Of a stretch of 64,000 bases of DNA, positions 30,694 to 40,754 are shown in pieces (the first letter of the stretch is position 1; every line of letters begins with the position of its first letter). The notes beneath the pieces are model-generated. The model searched no databases, had not been told where the DNA came from, and was given only the letters and a program-made list of their open reading frames with translations. Source of the DNA: Dehalococcoidia bacterium (GTDB lineage Bacteria > Chloroflexota > Dehalococcoidia > Lucifugimonadales > Australimonadaceae); assembly GCA_965261385.1 (NCBI GenBank), contig CBDHDB010000001.1:1205418-1269417 (forward strand), in the 5' to 3' direction. Position numbers and translations under genes: made by a program.

Positions 30694-31779
30694 ATGGACA
30701 CGACTCTCGCCGCAGTGAAGATTGAGCCCCGTAAGGCGGAGATACAGGAAATCGACGTCCCTGATATCGACTACAACAGCGCTCTGATGAAAGTCGAAGC
30801 GGCCGGCATGTGCGGGTCCTACGGCTACTTCACGGGAGCAGGGCGCGGGGGAGTTCCAGTCCCCGGCATGAACGCCCACGAGAACGCCGGAGTGATCGTG
30901 AAGGCCGGCCAGGGCTTCCTGGACCGCCACGGCATCGAGGAAGGCGAGCTCGTCGCGCTGGAGGAGTACCTCCCATGCGGGCACTGCGAGTGGTGCCGTA
31001 AGGGCGAGTTCAGGCACTGCTGGTTCACCGACACGCACAACAACCCCAACCCCAGCAGGCTCGCGGGCGGTTTCCGGCAGTACCTCTACCTACCCCCGAA
31101 TGTCGTGCTGCACAAGCTTCCCCAAACGATGACGGCCGACGAGGCCGCGCTGGCCCTGCCGGTCGGCAATGGCGTGCAGTGGGCATGCAAAGAGGGCGAG
31201 GCCGGTCCGGGCAAGACGATTGTCGTGCAGGGGCCGGGCTCCAAGGGCCTCGGCTCGACCCTCGCGGCCAAGAAGTTCGGCGCGACGGTCATCGTGACCG
31301 GCCTGTCCAAGGACACGGCGCGGCTCGAAGCGGCGAAGCGGCTCGGCGCGGACTACACCATCGACGTCCAAGCGAACGACTTCACCTCCACGATCATGGA
31401 CATTACGAACGGGCGCGGGGCGGACGCGGTCGTCGACTGCACGACCGGCCGCCACACCGTCATCTTCAATCAGGCCATCGATGTCCTGGTGCGGCGCGGC
31501 GGCATCGTCGTCACGCAGGCGTACGAGCTCGAGTCCTTCTCGTTGGAGAAGTTGACGGGCAAGTACGGCACGCTCCGAGCGTGCCGGGGCCACAGCTACG
31601 CGAGCGTAGCGCTGGGCCTCGAATGGATCGCCTCGGGCGAGTTCCCGCTCAAGGAGCTGATGACGCACCACTACCCGCTGGAGATGACCGGCGAGGCTTG
31701 TCTCGCCTCGGGCGGCGAGGGCGACGCCGGCGACGCCGTCTGGGTTATGGTCAACCCTTGGATGGGAACGGGGAACTAG
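30694..31779 (+). CDS. Zinc-binding (MDR family) dehydrogenase
   Basis: GMCGS, HENAG, CGHCEWC...C structural Zn motif, GPGSKG. Confidence 0.88.
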   Translation: MDTTLAAVKIEPRKAEIQEIDVPDIDYNSALMKVEAAGMCGSYGYFTGAGRGGVPVPGMNAHENAGVIVKAGQGFLDRHGIEEGELVALEEYLPCGHCEWCRKGEFRHCWFTDTHNNPNPSRLAGGFRQYLYLPPNVVLHKLPQTMTADEAALALPVGNGVQWACKEGEAGPGKTIVVQGPGSKGLGSTLAAKKFGATVIVTGLSKDTARLEAAKRLGADYTIDVQANDFTSTIMDITNGRGADAVVDCTTGRHTVIFNQAIDVLVRRGGIVVTQAYELESFSLEKLTGKYGTLRACRGHSYASVALGLEWIASGEFPLKELMTHHYPLEMTGEACLASGGEGDAGDAVWVMVNPWMGTGN

Positions 31780-31846
31780 GGTTGCTTGGCGACGGGGAGG
31801 GACCGCTTCGCGGGAATGACGGCCCCTCCCTGCCTCCGCAGACAAC

Positions 31847-31969
31847 GGGGGCTTTGCATAACCCCTTCCGTCATTCCCGCGAAAGCGGGAATCCAGGGTG
31901 CGCGGGAGTGCAGACGAGGCGCATGGCAGGAAGAACGCCCGCCAGAAAATAAGGTTACGCAAAGGTCTC
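31847..31969. mobile_element. MITE-like element with IS5/IS1106-like ends carrying a REP hairpin
   Basis: Ends GGGGGCTTTGCATAACC and GGTTACGCAAAGGTCTC (13/17 inverted match); internal GTCATTCCCGCGAAAGCGGGAATC palindrome. Confidence 0.55.
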
Positions 31970-32032
31970 GCAGACGGGAGAGGGATTTCGAGAGGATCGC
32001 GGACAGGGGGACTGAGAAAGGAGCAACTGAAC

Positions 32033-33016
32033 ATGGCCACGCTCGTAGGAACGTTCTTTCATTCGCACGGCGGCACGACTTCGCTCCCGCCTGAGCTATG
32101 GGTTGAGCGCCGGAACGCGCGGCCGATTCGCGCGGACGTGCCCAACGAGTCCCTCGAAGTGAACGTAGCCAAGGCCGAGCGCACCCATGAGGGATTCCGC
32201 GTGCTACGGGAGAAGATCGCGGAATTGGAGACGGACGTCCTCGTCGTGTTCAGCGACGACCAGCTCGAATGTTTCGACTTCAACAACTACCCGGCGTTCG
32301 CGGTGTACGTGGGAGAGCGGTTCAACAAGTCGCCTCGAGAGACGCCCTTCCCGCAGATCGGGCGGCACGCGGAGCCTGGCCAGTCGCTCCTCGGGCATCC
32401 CGAGCTGGCCGTGAGCGTCCTGGGAGGCGTGATGTCGCGCGGGTTCGACCCGGCTTTCTGCATGGACATGCCGAAACCGGACCGGGGTCTGGCGGGTGGA
32501 ATCATCCGGTCCGTCGAGGAACTGACCGACTTCACGACCCCTGTCGTGCCAATCATGATGAACCTCTACTTCGCGCCCCAGGTGACGGGTCTGCGGAGCT
32601 ACCAGTTCGGCAAGGCGGTCCGCGAAGTCATCGACGAGTTCCCCCGCGACATGCGGGTCGGGGTCGTCGCGTCGGGCGGGCTGTGGCACACCCCCGGCAT
32701 GCCGGGGGCCTGGCTCAACACGGAGTTCGACCGCGAGACGCTGGCGCGCCTGGAAGCCGGCGACGCCCGCGGCATGGCCGAGCACTTCGACAGCTACGTC
32801 ATCCCCGACGACGACACGAGTCAGGACATGTCGCAGCGCGCCCGCGCCATCACGGGCATGCCGACGCCGGGAGGTCCGGCGCTGGGGACGCGGGAGACGT
32901 GCGCGTGGATAGCCGCCGCCGCCGTCACCGAGGGTAGCCCCACGACCATCGTGGACTACATCGACGTCTTCGCCTCGCCGGTGGGCAACGCCTTCGCCTA
33001 CTGCGTCGACGTGTAA
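32033..33016 (+). CDS. LigB-family (type II) extradiol ring-cleavage dioxygenase
   Basis: N-terminal HSH, DVLVVFSDDQ...YPAFAVY, GHPELA, VVASGGLWH; AAAGGAG RBS. Confidence 0.82.
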   Translation: MATLVGTFFHSHGGTTSLPPELWVERRNARPIRADVPNESLEVNVAKAERTHEGFRVLREKIAELETDVLVVFSDDQLECFDFNNYPAFAVYVGERFNKSPRETPFPQIGRHAEPGQSLLGHPELAVSVLGGVMSRGFDPAFCMDMPKPDRGLAGGIIRSVEELTDFTTPVVPIMMNLYFAPQVTGLRSYQFGKAVREVIDEFPRDMRVGVVASGGLWHTPGMPGAWLNTEFDRETLARLEAGDARGMAEHFDSYVIPDDDTSQDMSQRARAITGMPTPGGPALGTRETCAWIAAAAVTEGSPTTIVDYIDVFASPVGNAFAYCVDV

Positions 33017-33038
33017 GGGCCGCCTCTTTCGGAGACCT

Positions 33039-34520
33039 TTGCATAGTAGGCGTCTTTCTTGTGGTAAGGACGGGGATGCCTTACTGCGACGACGTGTGCG
33101 AGGAGGGCTAGCCCCTTTCTTCGCGATCCTGCTCGTCGCCCTAGCCGCGTGCGCCTCACCTACGCCTACTGCCACCCCGACGGCGACGCCGACTCCAACG
33201 TCCGCTCCGACGGCATCGCCCATCCCCATCCCGACGCTCACAGCAATGCCCACCGCGAGGCCGCCGTTGGACGCGCGAGCGGTCATGCTTCAGCAGACGG
33301 CGGACCGCGTGCGGGCCTAGATAATCACGGCTGTAGACGCCGGTTGCGCGTTCACGTACGAGGAGGCGACTTACCGCAGCAGCGGGTTCCGCACGCTCGA
33401 GGACGGCGATGTCGTGGACAGGCCGATGGGCCAAGTCACCACCACAGTCATAGAGCGCGGCTCCGATGGAAGGATCGGAGTGATTGGCCAATCTTCGAGG
33501 AGCGGCCTCGGCGGCGCGAGCCCGATGGGCGGCTCCTTCAGCGGCGACCTCGATTTTGCGTCGTGGACTGGCGACCAGCTCGATAGCCTAGCGGACATCC
33601 TCACCCGAGGCGCCTACGCGGGCGAATCGTCGTTCAGGGGCAAACCAAGTCTGCGCTACGAGTCGCGCATGGAGCGTGGGCCTTCGCAGGACGCGGCGGC
33701 GCCCGTGGCGGCGCGGTCCGTATACGACTACCTCATCGACAACCCCTTTGTCCGTATCGAGAGCCAGTACGACGTTTTCCCCGACGGCAGGGTCGAGCTG
33801 GTGCGGCAGTGGGCGATGAGCGAGTTCGGAGTTGGAAGCTGCCCCAGCGATGGGCCGGACGAGGCGCGGCAGGAGCTCGAGCGGGTTGCGGTGGAATCGT
33901 ACGCTGCGCTCCTAGAAAGCATCGAGTCGGCTCAGTGCGGCATCTTCTTCGATACAGAGCAATTCCGCAGGGAAGGGTATCGGAGGGAAGGAGAGGCGCT
34001 TCCGACAACAACGATGAGCCGAATGACGTTCGAGCGGCACGGCGAAGGCCGCTGGCTGCTGCACGGCAGCTCCGAGCAGACCTCCAACGGAAAGCTCATC
34101 CTGCGCAGCAGGACGAAGGCATGGCATGCCGAGACCTTCGATCCGTCCATCGGCGAATGGCGGGCAATGGAGCCCCAGCTGCCGGAATTCGCCTTCGGCC
34201 CGAACGAGACTGCCAAGTTGTATGCCATCGACGTTGGCGGCCTGGTGGCCAACGAGGAAGAGTACAACATCCTCACGGCGTCCCCCGACGGGATAGAGGG
34301 CTACGAGTACGCGGGCGAGACGACAGTGCAAGGGCGTCCTGCCGAGCGGTACGAGAAGAGGGAGCTGGACGTAAAAGAGGAAGGCATCGCTGATCTCCTC
34401 CAGGTCAGGGAGTACGTGAAGGACAACCCGCTCCTCTTCACCCTCCGCACCCACGCCATCCTCCCCGAAGGCGAGCTCCGGCTCGAAGACGAACTCATGC
34501 TGGCGGGCATTGGGCATTGA
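33039..34520 (+). pseudogene. Lipoprotein with PT linker and two internal repeat domains, split by an in-frame TAG at 33318-33320
   Basis: LAAC lipobox; the ORF at 33414 is in the same frame as 33039; the halves share YAGE..xG.P..RYE and NP motifs. Start codon uncertain. Confidence 0.65.
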
Positions 34521-34547
34521 GGAGTGCGGGGGGTAGGAGCACTTCCC

Positions 34548-34676
34548 CTACCCCGGAAACATGGTGATGGGCTGTTCGATGGCAGGGTTATAGCGCTGGT
34601 GGCCTTAGCGGATCATGCGGGCTTGGTTGCGGTCGGGGGTGTGGTAGACGCTTTCCTGCGTCATCATGATGCACTC
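34548..34676 (-). repeat. Decayed duplicate of the last 43 codons of the Rieske gene at 36776
   Basis: Gapless alignment to 36776-36904; reads ECIMMTQESVYHTPDRNQARMIR*GHQRYNPAIEQPITMFPG*. Confidence 0.9.
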
Positions 34677-34892
34677 CTCTCACGCAGACGGGAGAGGGGA
34701 GTGGTTGTGCCTGTCCCGCAGGCGGGAGATGGAGTGTAGCGGCGAGGCTTCGAATCTGTGATGGAGCGTCGAAAGGAGTGAGACCGCCAACGGCGCAGGG
34801 CGGGCCACAACGAAGCCGCGGTGGGCCAAATGAGCGTAATGAGGCCACCATAGACGGGGGCGTTCGCGTATTGCCCAGTGGGAACGCAGGAA

Positions 34893-36635
34893 CTATTTCC
34901 TCCAAATGCTGGGGGCGCGCTCAGCCATTTCGCATTGACGCTCCTCAATACGGGTAACGTCCCATTCAGTAAGATCGCCAAGCCTCTTTGTCAATTCCAG
35001 AACTTGGTCGTTGTAGTATTCCTTCTTCACAGAGAATTGCTTGTCTTTCCCTTTGCGGTTCTTGCTAAGGTTGAGAAGGGCTTGGTTGCCTAGCATGTTG
35101 CAATAGCTCTTCAGTTTCAAACCTAAAGTGTCCCTCTGGACCACCATGCTCGGAATATCGTAGCCCATGGCCTCGATCCATTCCCGAGCATTCTTGGTAA
35201 TAGTCCTCCGGTTGATCAATTTGGAAGCAACTGAAATAGGGAAAATGTGCTCCCTATCGACTTCATAGGGCAGTACGCCCGATCCATTACTTGATATCGG
35301 ATCTAGCTTTCTTAGTAAGTGCCTTGTCGTATTGGAGGACTCAATTTCCGCCCTCTTGAACAAATCAATAAACTCTCCGTCAGGCACCATGAGGTCACGT
35401 ATCTCATCAAATGCATCTTGAACTTTGTTCCTCCTTGACAGCTGTGCCCAGTACGGCCAGCTCTTCTCGTAGGCATTAGGGCGTTTGTTGCCAATCGTAA
35501 TATTGCGTATTTGTAGGGAGAGGGTTAGTTGAACCGCTTCGTCAAATCGCGCGTGTGCATGGGTATGAACCATTGTCAAGAAGGCATTCGACTAGACATT
35601 CAATTGATTAAGGTCTCTAATGTCTTGAGATAATCGTGAGTTTCCTTGAGGACGCACTACTGAGAGGTAATTCTTTATGTAATTCCCTACATCTTCAATG
35701 ACACGCTCTACCTCTCCAGTGCCTTGATCCTTTACGACCCTATCTACAGCCTTGTCCAGGCTACGCTTTGTAGTGTACCCGTGCCTAGAGGACCATACCG
35801 TGTGCAGATAGTTATCCATGGCGTCTATTGGGAGCCCAGCTTGCTCAAGATCATTCGCTGCCGAGTTCCATCTCTTGATAAGCTCTTCCGATAACCTAGT
35901 ATCCTCTCTCGCAACCGCTGCTAGGCGCGCCTTGATTGCCTCCGCAGGAGATAGGCGAAGCCCTCTTGTATTAGTAGTATCAAATACTAGGTATGCTTGC
36001 CCTTCTGAAGCAACTTCAATTGGAAGTAATTTCACATTATTTTGAACGTATGCACACAAAGCGCGTAATGCTTCCTTTGAGTTTGGCTCATTTTGAATAT
36101 AGTCTCTGACGAGATTGCTTAGCGTTTTTGCAGCTGACAACACTCGGTCATCTTTTTGCGGATGCAACGAAGATAACTCGGCAGTAGAACCGATTGTATG
36201 CACAATGGAACGATATATCTCGTTGTCAGGTTGCTGCAGAGTCAAGACTAACGCCCCTGTAAGTTGTCCGTCATCGTTGCCTCGCGCAATCAATCGATTA
36301 AGTGTATATGCTCGTTCCTCTAATTCATAATCTTTGCAACAATCTTGTAGGATGGCAAGAAGTATTGATAATGTAGAGATTCGTTGTTGGCCATCAATTA
36401 CTGCTACCTTCCCGCTTTCTTGTGGCTGCAGCAGCAATGTTCCTAGGAAATACCACGGCCATCGCTGTTCATGAGCCTTCAGAATGTCGTCCCAGAGTTG
36501 CCGGACTTCAACTCTCGTCCACTTGAATCGCCTTTGAGGGTGAACTACCTTGAACAAATTGTTATACCCAGCATTCGAAAAAAGGCTGTTCGGAGGGGTT
36601 GCATCTGTTCCTATGTTAATTGCCCGACTGACCAT
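34893..36635 (-). pseudogene. DUF262 + DUF1524 (GmrSD-like type IV restriction) gene split by an in-frame TAG at 35592-35594
   Basis: QRRFKW, IDGQQR, FDTTNTRG in the N-half; EHIFP, LGNQALL..N in the C-half; the ORFs are 12 nt apart in the same frame; visibly AT-rich. Confidence 0.85.
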
Positions 36636-36775
36636 ATTACCTCCTCTGAATTGGGCTTAGAATTAAGCTAAATGTATCACGTCTGACACTTCCCCTGCTA
36701 CAGCCCACGTATCGGACTTGCGGCCGCCTATTCCAGCCTCCGCAGCTTGCTCCCGACCCACGCCTATCCATCCCC

Positions 36776-38023
36776 CTACCCCGGGAACATCCCAATAATC
36801 TCTTCGATGGCCGGGTTGTAGCGCTGGTGGCCGTAGCGGATCATGCGGGCCTGGTTGCGGTCGGGGGTGTAGTAGACGCTCTCCTGGGTCATCATGATGC
36901 ACTCGTTGGCGGCGGGGTCGCGGAAGACGTTCATGGGGTCGCCGCCGTCCGCCACGGTAGCCATCGCCTCGTTGAGCATCCGGCGCAGCTGGATTACGCC
37001 CACGTCGGACTCGCCCAGGCGCTCGTTGGTGCGGTCGGCGATGGGGGTCTGGGTCACCCAGGCCATGAAGTCCTGGACGAGGGGGACCTCCAAGTTGAGC
37101 TCGCCGTCCCGGTAGAGCGGAATCTCGTAGTAGGGGACGACCTGCTGGGGCGGAACGTCGATCTCCGGCGGGAACTGGTAGCGCGTGTAGACGACGTGGA
37201 GCGTGTTGTGGTCGTCGATGGGCACGCGAATCTGGAACTCGGTGCTCGTCGTGCCGGTGGTCGAGCGGAGGATGTTGGGGAACACCCACGGATGGCCGAC
37301 CTTCCAGATGTCGTCGTCCTCGGTGGTCCCCTCGACGATCCGCTTCTTGAAGACGCCGTTCGCGAACTCCCGGAAGCCGATGCGCTGGTGGGGGCGGGCC
37401 ATCGCGCGGCGCCACGACGGGACCTCCTCGCCAGTCTTCTCCGCGAGGTAGAGGCCGTAGACGCCGTGCAGCCATTCCGCGTGGACGGGGTCGGCGGAGT
37501 TCTCCTGGCACTGGAGCCAGTTGCACGGCAGCACGGTGAAGCCGATGTCGCGCCAGGCGTGGTCCGTCACGAAGAGATCCCAGCGGGGCACGAGGGGCGC
37601 GGGCGACGGGCCGAGGTAGGCGAACAGCAGGCCCCCGAGCTCCTCGACGGGGTAGGCGTCGACCTTCACCTTCTCCTTGAAGCGTCCGTCGGGGTGGACG
37701 GTCTCCTCGAAGGGTTGCTCGATGCATTGCCCTGTCTCGTCCATCATCCAGCCGTGGTACATGCAGCGGAGGCCGTGCTCCTCCGGGATGCCGTAGGAGA
37801 GGTCAACGCGGCGATGGGGGCAGAAGCGTTCGATGAGGCCGAGAACGCCGGACTTGTCCTTGTACAGAACGAGGTCCTCGCCGAGGAGGCGGACGGGCTT
37901 GGAGGGCCGCTCATCGAGCTCGGCGGCGGCGGCGATGGGGTGCCAGTAGCGGCGCATGAGCACGCCCATGGGCGTGCCCTTGCCGACCTGGGTGAGCTGC
38001 TCGTTCTCCTGCTGCGTCAGCAT
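36776..38023 (-). CDS. Rieske non-heme iron oxygenase alpha subunit (LigXa/phthalate type)
   Basis: CPHRRV...CMYHGW; ENSADPVHAEWLH; QDFMAWVTQ; GGAGG RBS. Confidence 0.92.
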   Translation of the reverse strand: MLTQQENEQLTQVGKGTPMGVLMRRYWHPIAAAAELDERPSKPVRLLGEDLVLYKDKSGVLGLIERFCPHRRVDLSYGIPEEHGLRCMYHGWMMDETGQCIEQPFEETVHPDGRFKEKVKVDAYPVEELGGLLFAYLGPSPAPLVPRWDLFVTDHAWRDIGFTVLPCNWLQCQENSADPVHAEWLHGVYGLYLAEKTGEEVPSWRRAMARPHQRIGFREFANGVFKKRIVEGTTEDDDIWKVGHPWVFPNILRSTTGTTSTEFQIRVPIDDHNTLHVVYTRYQFPPEIDVPPQQVVPYYEIPLYRDGELNLEVPLVQDFMAWVTQTPIADRTNERLGESDVGVIQLRRMLNEAMATVADGGDPMNVFRDPAANECIMMTQESVYYTPDRNQARMIRYGHQRYNPAIEEIIGMFPG

Positions 38024-38159
38024 CGCTATCCTCCCCTCTCTAACTCTCCCCCGCAGACGGGAGAGAGAACCAGACACTCCCCGCCTGCGAGGGACGTTAG
38101 CACACGACGCGCGGCATAAGACTAGAATCGCGGTTGCAACTCCCGAGGAGGTGAGAGCG

Positions 38160-38858
38160 ATGACGACGTACGGGTTCGAGGACCACTGCTGGCAGGATGT
38201 CGTAAGCACCGAGGACTTGGAGCTCTACAAGCACTATCAACGGGAACTGTACGTGGGGCAACGGCCCGCGCTGCTGGCGATAGACCTGTACAACTCGGCG
38301 TACCAGGGTGGACCGCGTCCGGTGCACGAGGTGGCGAAGGAGTTTCCGAGCGGATGCGGCGAGTACGCGTGGAACGCCATCGAGCCGACGAAGCAGCTCT
38401 TCGCGATGGCGAGGTCGCGCGGCTTCCCGGTCTACTACACCACGGGCGAGGACCGTCCCGAGGCGAGGCCGAACCGCGTGCATGCGACGAACCGCCGCTC
38501 CGCCCAGAAGGGCGAGAATCCCCTAGAGATATACGAGGCGTTCCGGCCGGAGCCCGAGGACACGATCATCTACAAGCAGCGGGCGAGCGGGTTCTACGGG
38601 ACGCCGCTCGTGGCGCACCTGACGCAGGCGGGCGTCGATACGATCATAGTCTGCGGGGAGAGCACGAGCGGCTGCGTCCGCGCGTCGGTGTTGGACGCGT
38701 ACTCGAACGGCTTCCACGTCGTGCTTGTGGAGGAGTGCGTCTTCGACCGAGCACTGCTGTCGCACAAGGTCAATCTGTTCGACATGCACCACAAGTACGC
38801 GGACGTGATGCACCTGGACGAGGTGGCCGAGCGCCTAGAAGCGTTCCCGGAGGTCTAA
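38160..38858 (+). CDS. Isochorismatase/cysteine hydrolase family (maleamate amidohydrolase-like)
   Basis: ALLAID, KQRASGFYGT, GESTSGCVRAS; GAGGAGG RBS. Confidence 0.88.
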   Translation: MTTYGFEDHCWQDVVSTEDLELYKHYQRELYVGQRPALLAIDLYNSAYQGGPRPVHEVAKEFPSGCGEYAWNAIEPTKQLFAMARSRGFPVYYTTGEDRPEARPNRVHATNRRSAQKGENPLEIYEAFRPEPEDTIIYKQRASGFYGTPLVAHLTQAGVDTIIVCGESTSGCVRASVLDAYSNGFHVVLVEECVFDRALLSHKVNLFDMHHKYADVMHLDEVAERLEAFPEV

Positions 38859-38951
38859 GGGGGACGTGATAGGGACGACTCGCTAGTACGCGAAGTGGCC
38901 TATGGCTGGGACGACTGAACCGTCGTGGTCCGACGAGCCAATCACGAGACC

Positions 38952-39716
38952 TTAATCCCCATCCATGCCGACGGATGCAGGCTCGGGGGAGTCGGCGGCA
39001 AGGCGGGCGAAGAGGCGGTCCGTGAAGGGCGAGACCTTGCCGGAGGCGACGAGTAGCGCCTTGTGCCACTCGTCCTCTATCGGCGCCCCGTCTTGCTTGG
39101 AGATGCGAATCTCGTCGATCTGATCGCTCCCGTCGCGCAGGAGGACGACGTCGAGAGGGTAGTCGACGTTCGACGCGGAGGCTTTCGTTTCGGCGAAGGC
39201 CAGCAGGCCCGCGCGCAGGCCGTCGGCGATGGGGTGCTCGAAGCTCCACAGGTGGTCCAGGATGGGCTTGCCGTAGCGGCTGTCGCCGATGATGGCGTAA
39301 GGGGTCGCGGCATTGACCTCCACCCAATTGCCTTCCGGGAAGACCAGGAACATTTGGGGCCGCTTGTCCTCCGACAGCCGGCCGCCGACGATGCAATGGA
39401 GGTCGAACGCCAGGCCGGACTCGCGCAGCCACTCGCTGTCTTCGGTGCGGACGCGCCTGATCTGCCGAGCGAGGGTGTTGGTTGCTTCATAGGTGCGCGC
39501 AGGCCCGTCCGCATCACTGGACATCTGCCCGGCGAAGTAGGTGATGACCTTGTCCCGCAGCGAGCGCAAGCCGCTCGTGAGGACGAATATCGGGTAACCG
39601 CCGATGTCGTGTACGGCAATCTTGGGGGCGCGTGATATCTCCGTGCCGCTCGTGATGCGAGTGTCCGCGATAGCGAGCAGTCCGTCCGCGCTCTTGATTC
39701 CTAGGCAGAATGTCAT
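38952..39716 (-). CDS. Proteasome-type Ntn protease (Anbu)
   Basis: MTFCLGI (Thr nucleophile after Met removal), DTRITSG, FPEGNW, IGDSRYGKPILD. Confidence 0.88.
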   Translation of the reverse strand: MTFCLGIKSADGLLAIADTRITSGTEISRAPKIAVHDIGGYPIFVLTSGLRSLRDKVITYFAGQMSSDADGPARTYEATNTLARQIRRVRTEDSEWLRESGLAFDLHCIVGGRLSEDKRPQMFLVFPEGNWVEVNAATPYAIIGDSRYGKPILDHLWSFEHPIADGLRAGLLAFAETKASASNVDYPLDVVLLRDGSDQIDEIRISKQDGAPIEDEWHKALLVASGKVSPFTDRLFARLAADSPEPASVGMDGD

Positions 39717-39770
39717 CAGTCAACCGGGCGATTGGTAGTCGAGGCCGGCGGCGGCCGCGCTTGGGAGAGT

Positions 39771-40754
39771 TTAGCGCAGCGGAGGAGCCGCGCGCCCTTG
39801 ACTCGCGGACGACGCCAAAGAAGTTGCGCCGGTGGGCCGGAAAATCTCTCCGGTGAGTCTGTCGTTGATCGCGGCCAGGCGGGCCTGCACGAGGCCCACG
39901 AACTCGTGCATCCCGTTGATGATGATGTCCGCGGCGGTGGCGGCTTTGAGCTCCAAGCCGAGGAGCGTAATCTCCTTGGCGGCCTCCAGCCTGCGCCCCG
40001 CCGGAGTGCGGACGGTTGCTTCGTTGAACTCCTCCGTCAGGCGCTCGATGCAAAACACCAGGCTGCGGGGGAAGTCTGGCTCGAAGACCAGCATGTCCAC
40101 CACGTCTCCCACGCGCATGAAACCGCGGTGCTGCTTCCGGTAGGCCTCGAGCGCGCTGGCCGACCGCAGCACCTGCCGCCATTGGGAGCGGTCCAAGGCG
40201 CTCCCCACTCCTCGCTCGGCCGGGAGCTGGACAAAATACTTCACGTCGACGATACGGCTGGTCATGTCGGCGCGCTCCAGGAAAACGCCCAGACGGAACC
40301 ACCTTGCCCCCTCCGTCCAAAGGACCGTGTTCTCGAACAGCCCGAGAATCATGGGGACGGAGCTGCGGACGAGGTCCAGCTCGTCGGGGAGGCGGCGGCC
40401 GCGTTCGCGGCCGAGAGCGAGGTGCAGCCAGTTGATTTGCTCGAACACCTCCCGTGATATCTGGTCCCGCAGCTCGCGGGCCAGACCTCGCGCGCTGGAC
40501 ACGACGGAGCGTATAGAGACAGGAGAATCGGGAGAGAAGACGAGGTAGTCCTCAGGCGCCAGCGCCTCGTCCCTCCCGTGAGCCTCCTCGAACTCATCGT
40601 TCGCGTCCATAGCGTAGAGCACGGTCTCCAGCCCCGCAGCGGCGCGGTTCTCGTGGGCTATCGAATGATGGACGTCCGCCATCCTCGCGACGTTGTCCGC
40701 GCGTTCAAGGTGCCGGCCCAGCCAGTACAGGTTCTCAGCGACTCGGGCGAGCAT
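39771..40754 (-). CDS. Alpha-E domain protein (DUF403)
   Basis: MLARVAENLYWLGRHLERA, second ERAD motif, FPRSL; TGATG overlap with the upstream gene. Confidence 0.9.
   Translation of the reverse strand: MLARVAENLYWLGRHLERADNVARMADVHHSIAHENRAAAGLETVLYAMDANDEFEEAHGRDEALAPEDYLVFSPDSPVSIRSVVSSARGLARELRDQISREVFEQINWLHLALGRERGRRLPDELDLVRSSVPMILGLFENTVLWTEGARWFRLGVFLERADMTSRIVDVKYFVQLPAERGVGSALDRSQWRQVLRSASALEAYRKQHRGFMRVGDVVDMLVFEPDFPRSLVFCIERLTEEFNEATVRTPAGRRLEAAKEITLLGLELKAATAADIIINGMHEFVGLVQARLAAINDRLTGEIFRPTGATSLASSASQGRAAPPLR

Noticed and set aside
33318-35594. Genome-wide TAG recoding or pyrrolysine
   Set aside because: Many well-conserved genes here (ABC subunits, acsA, ilvD, tatA) end at TAG at their expected C-termini.
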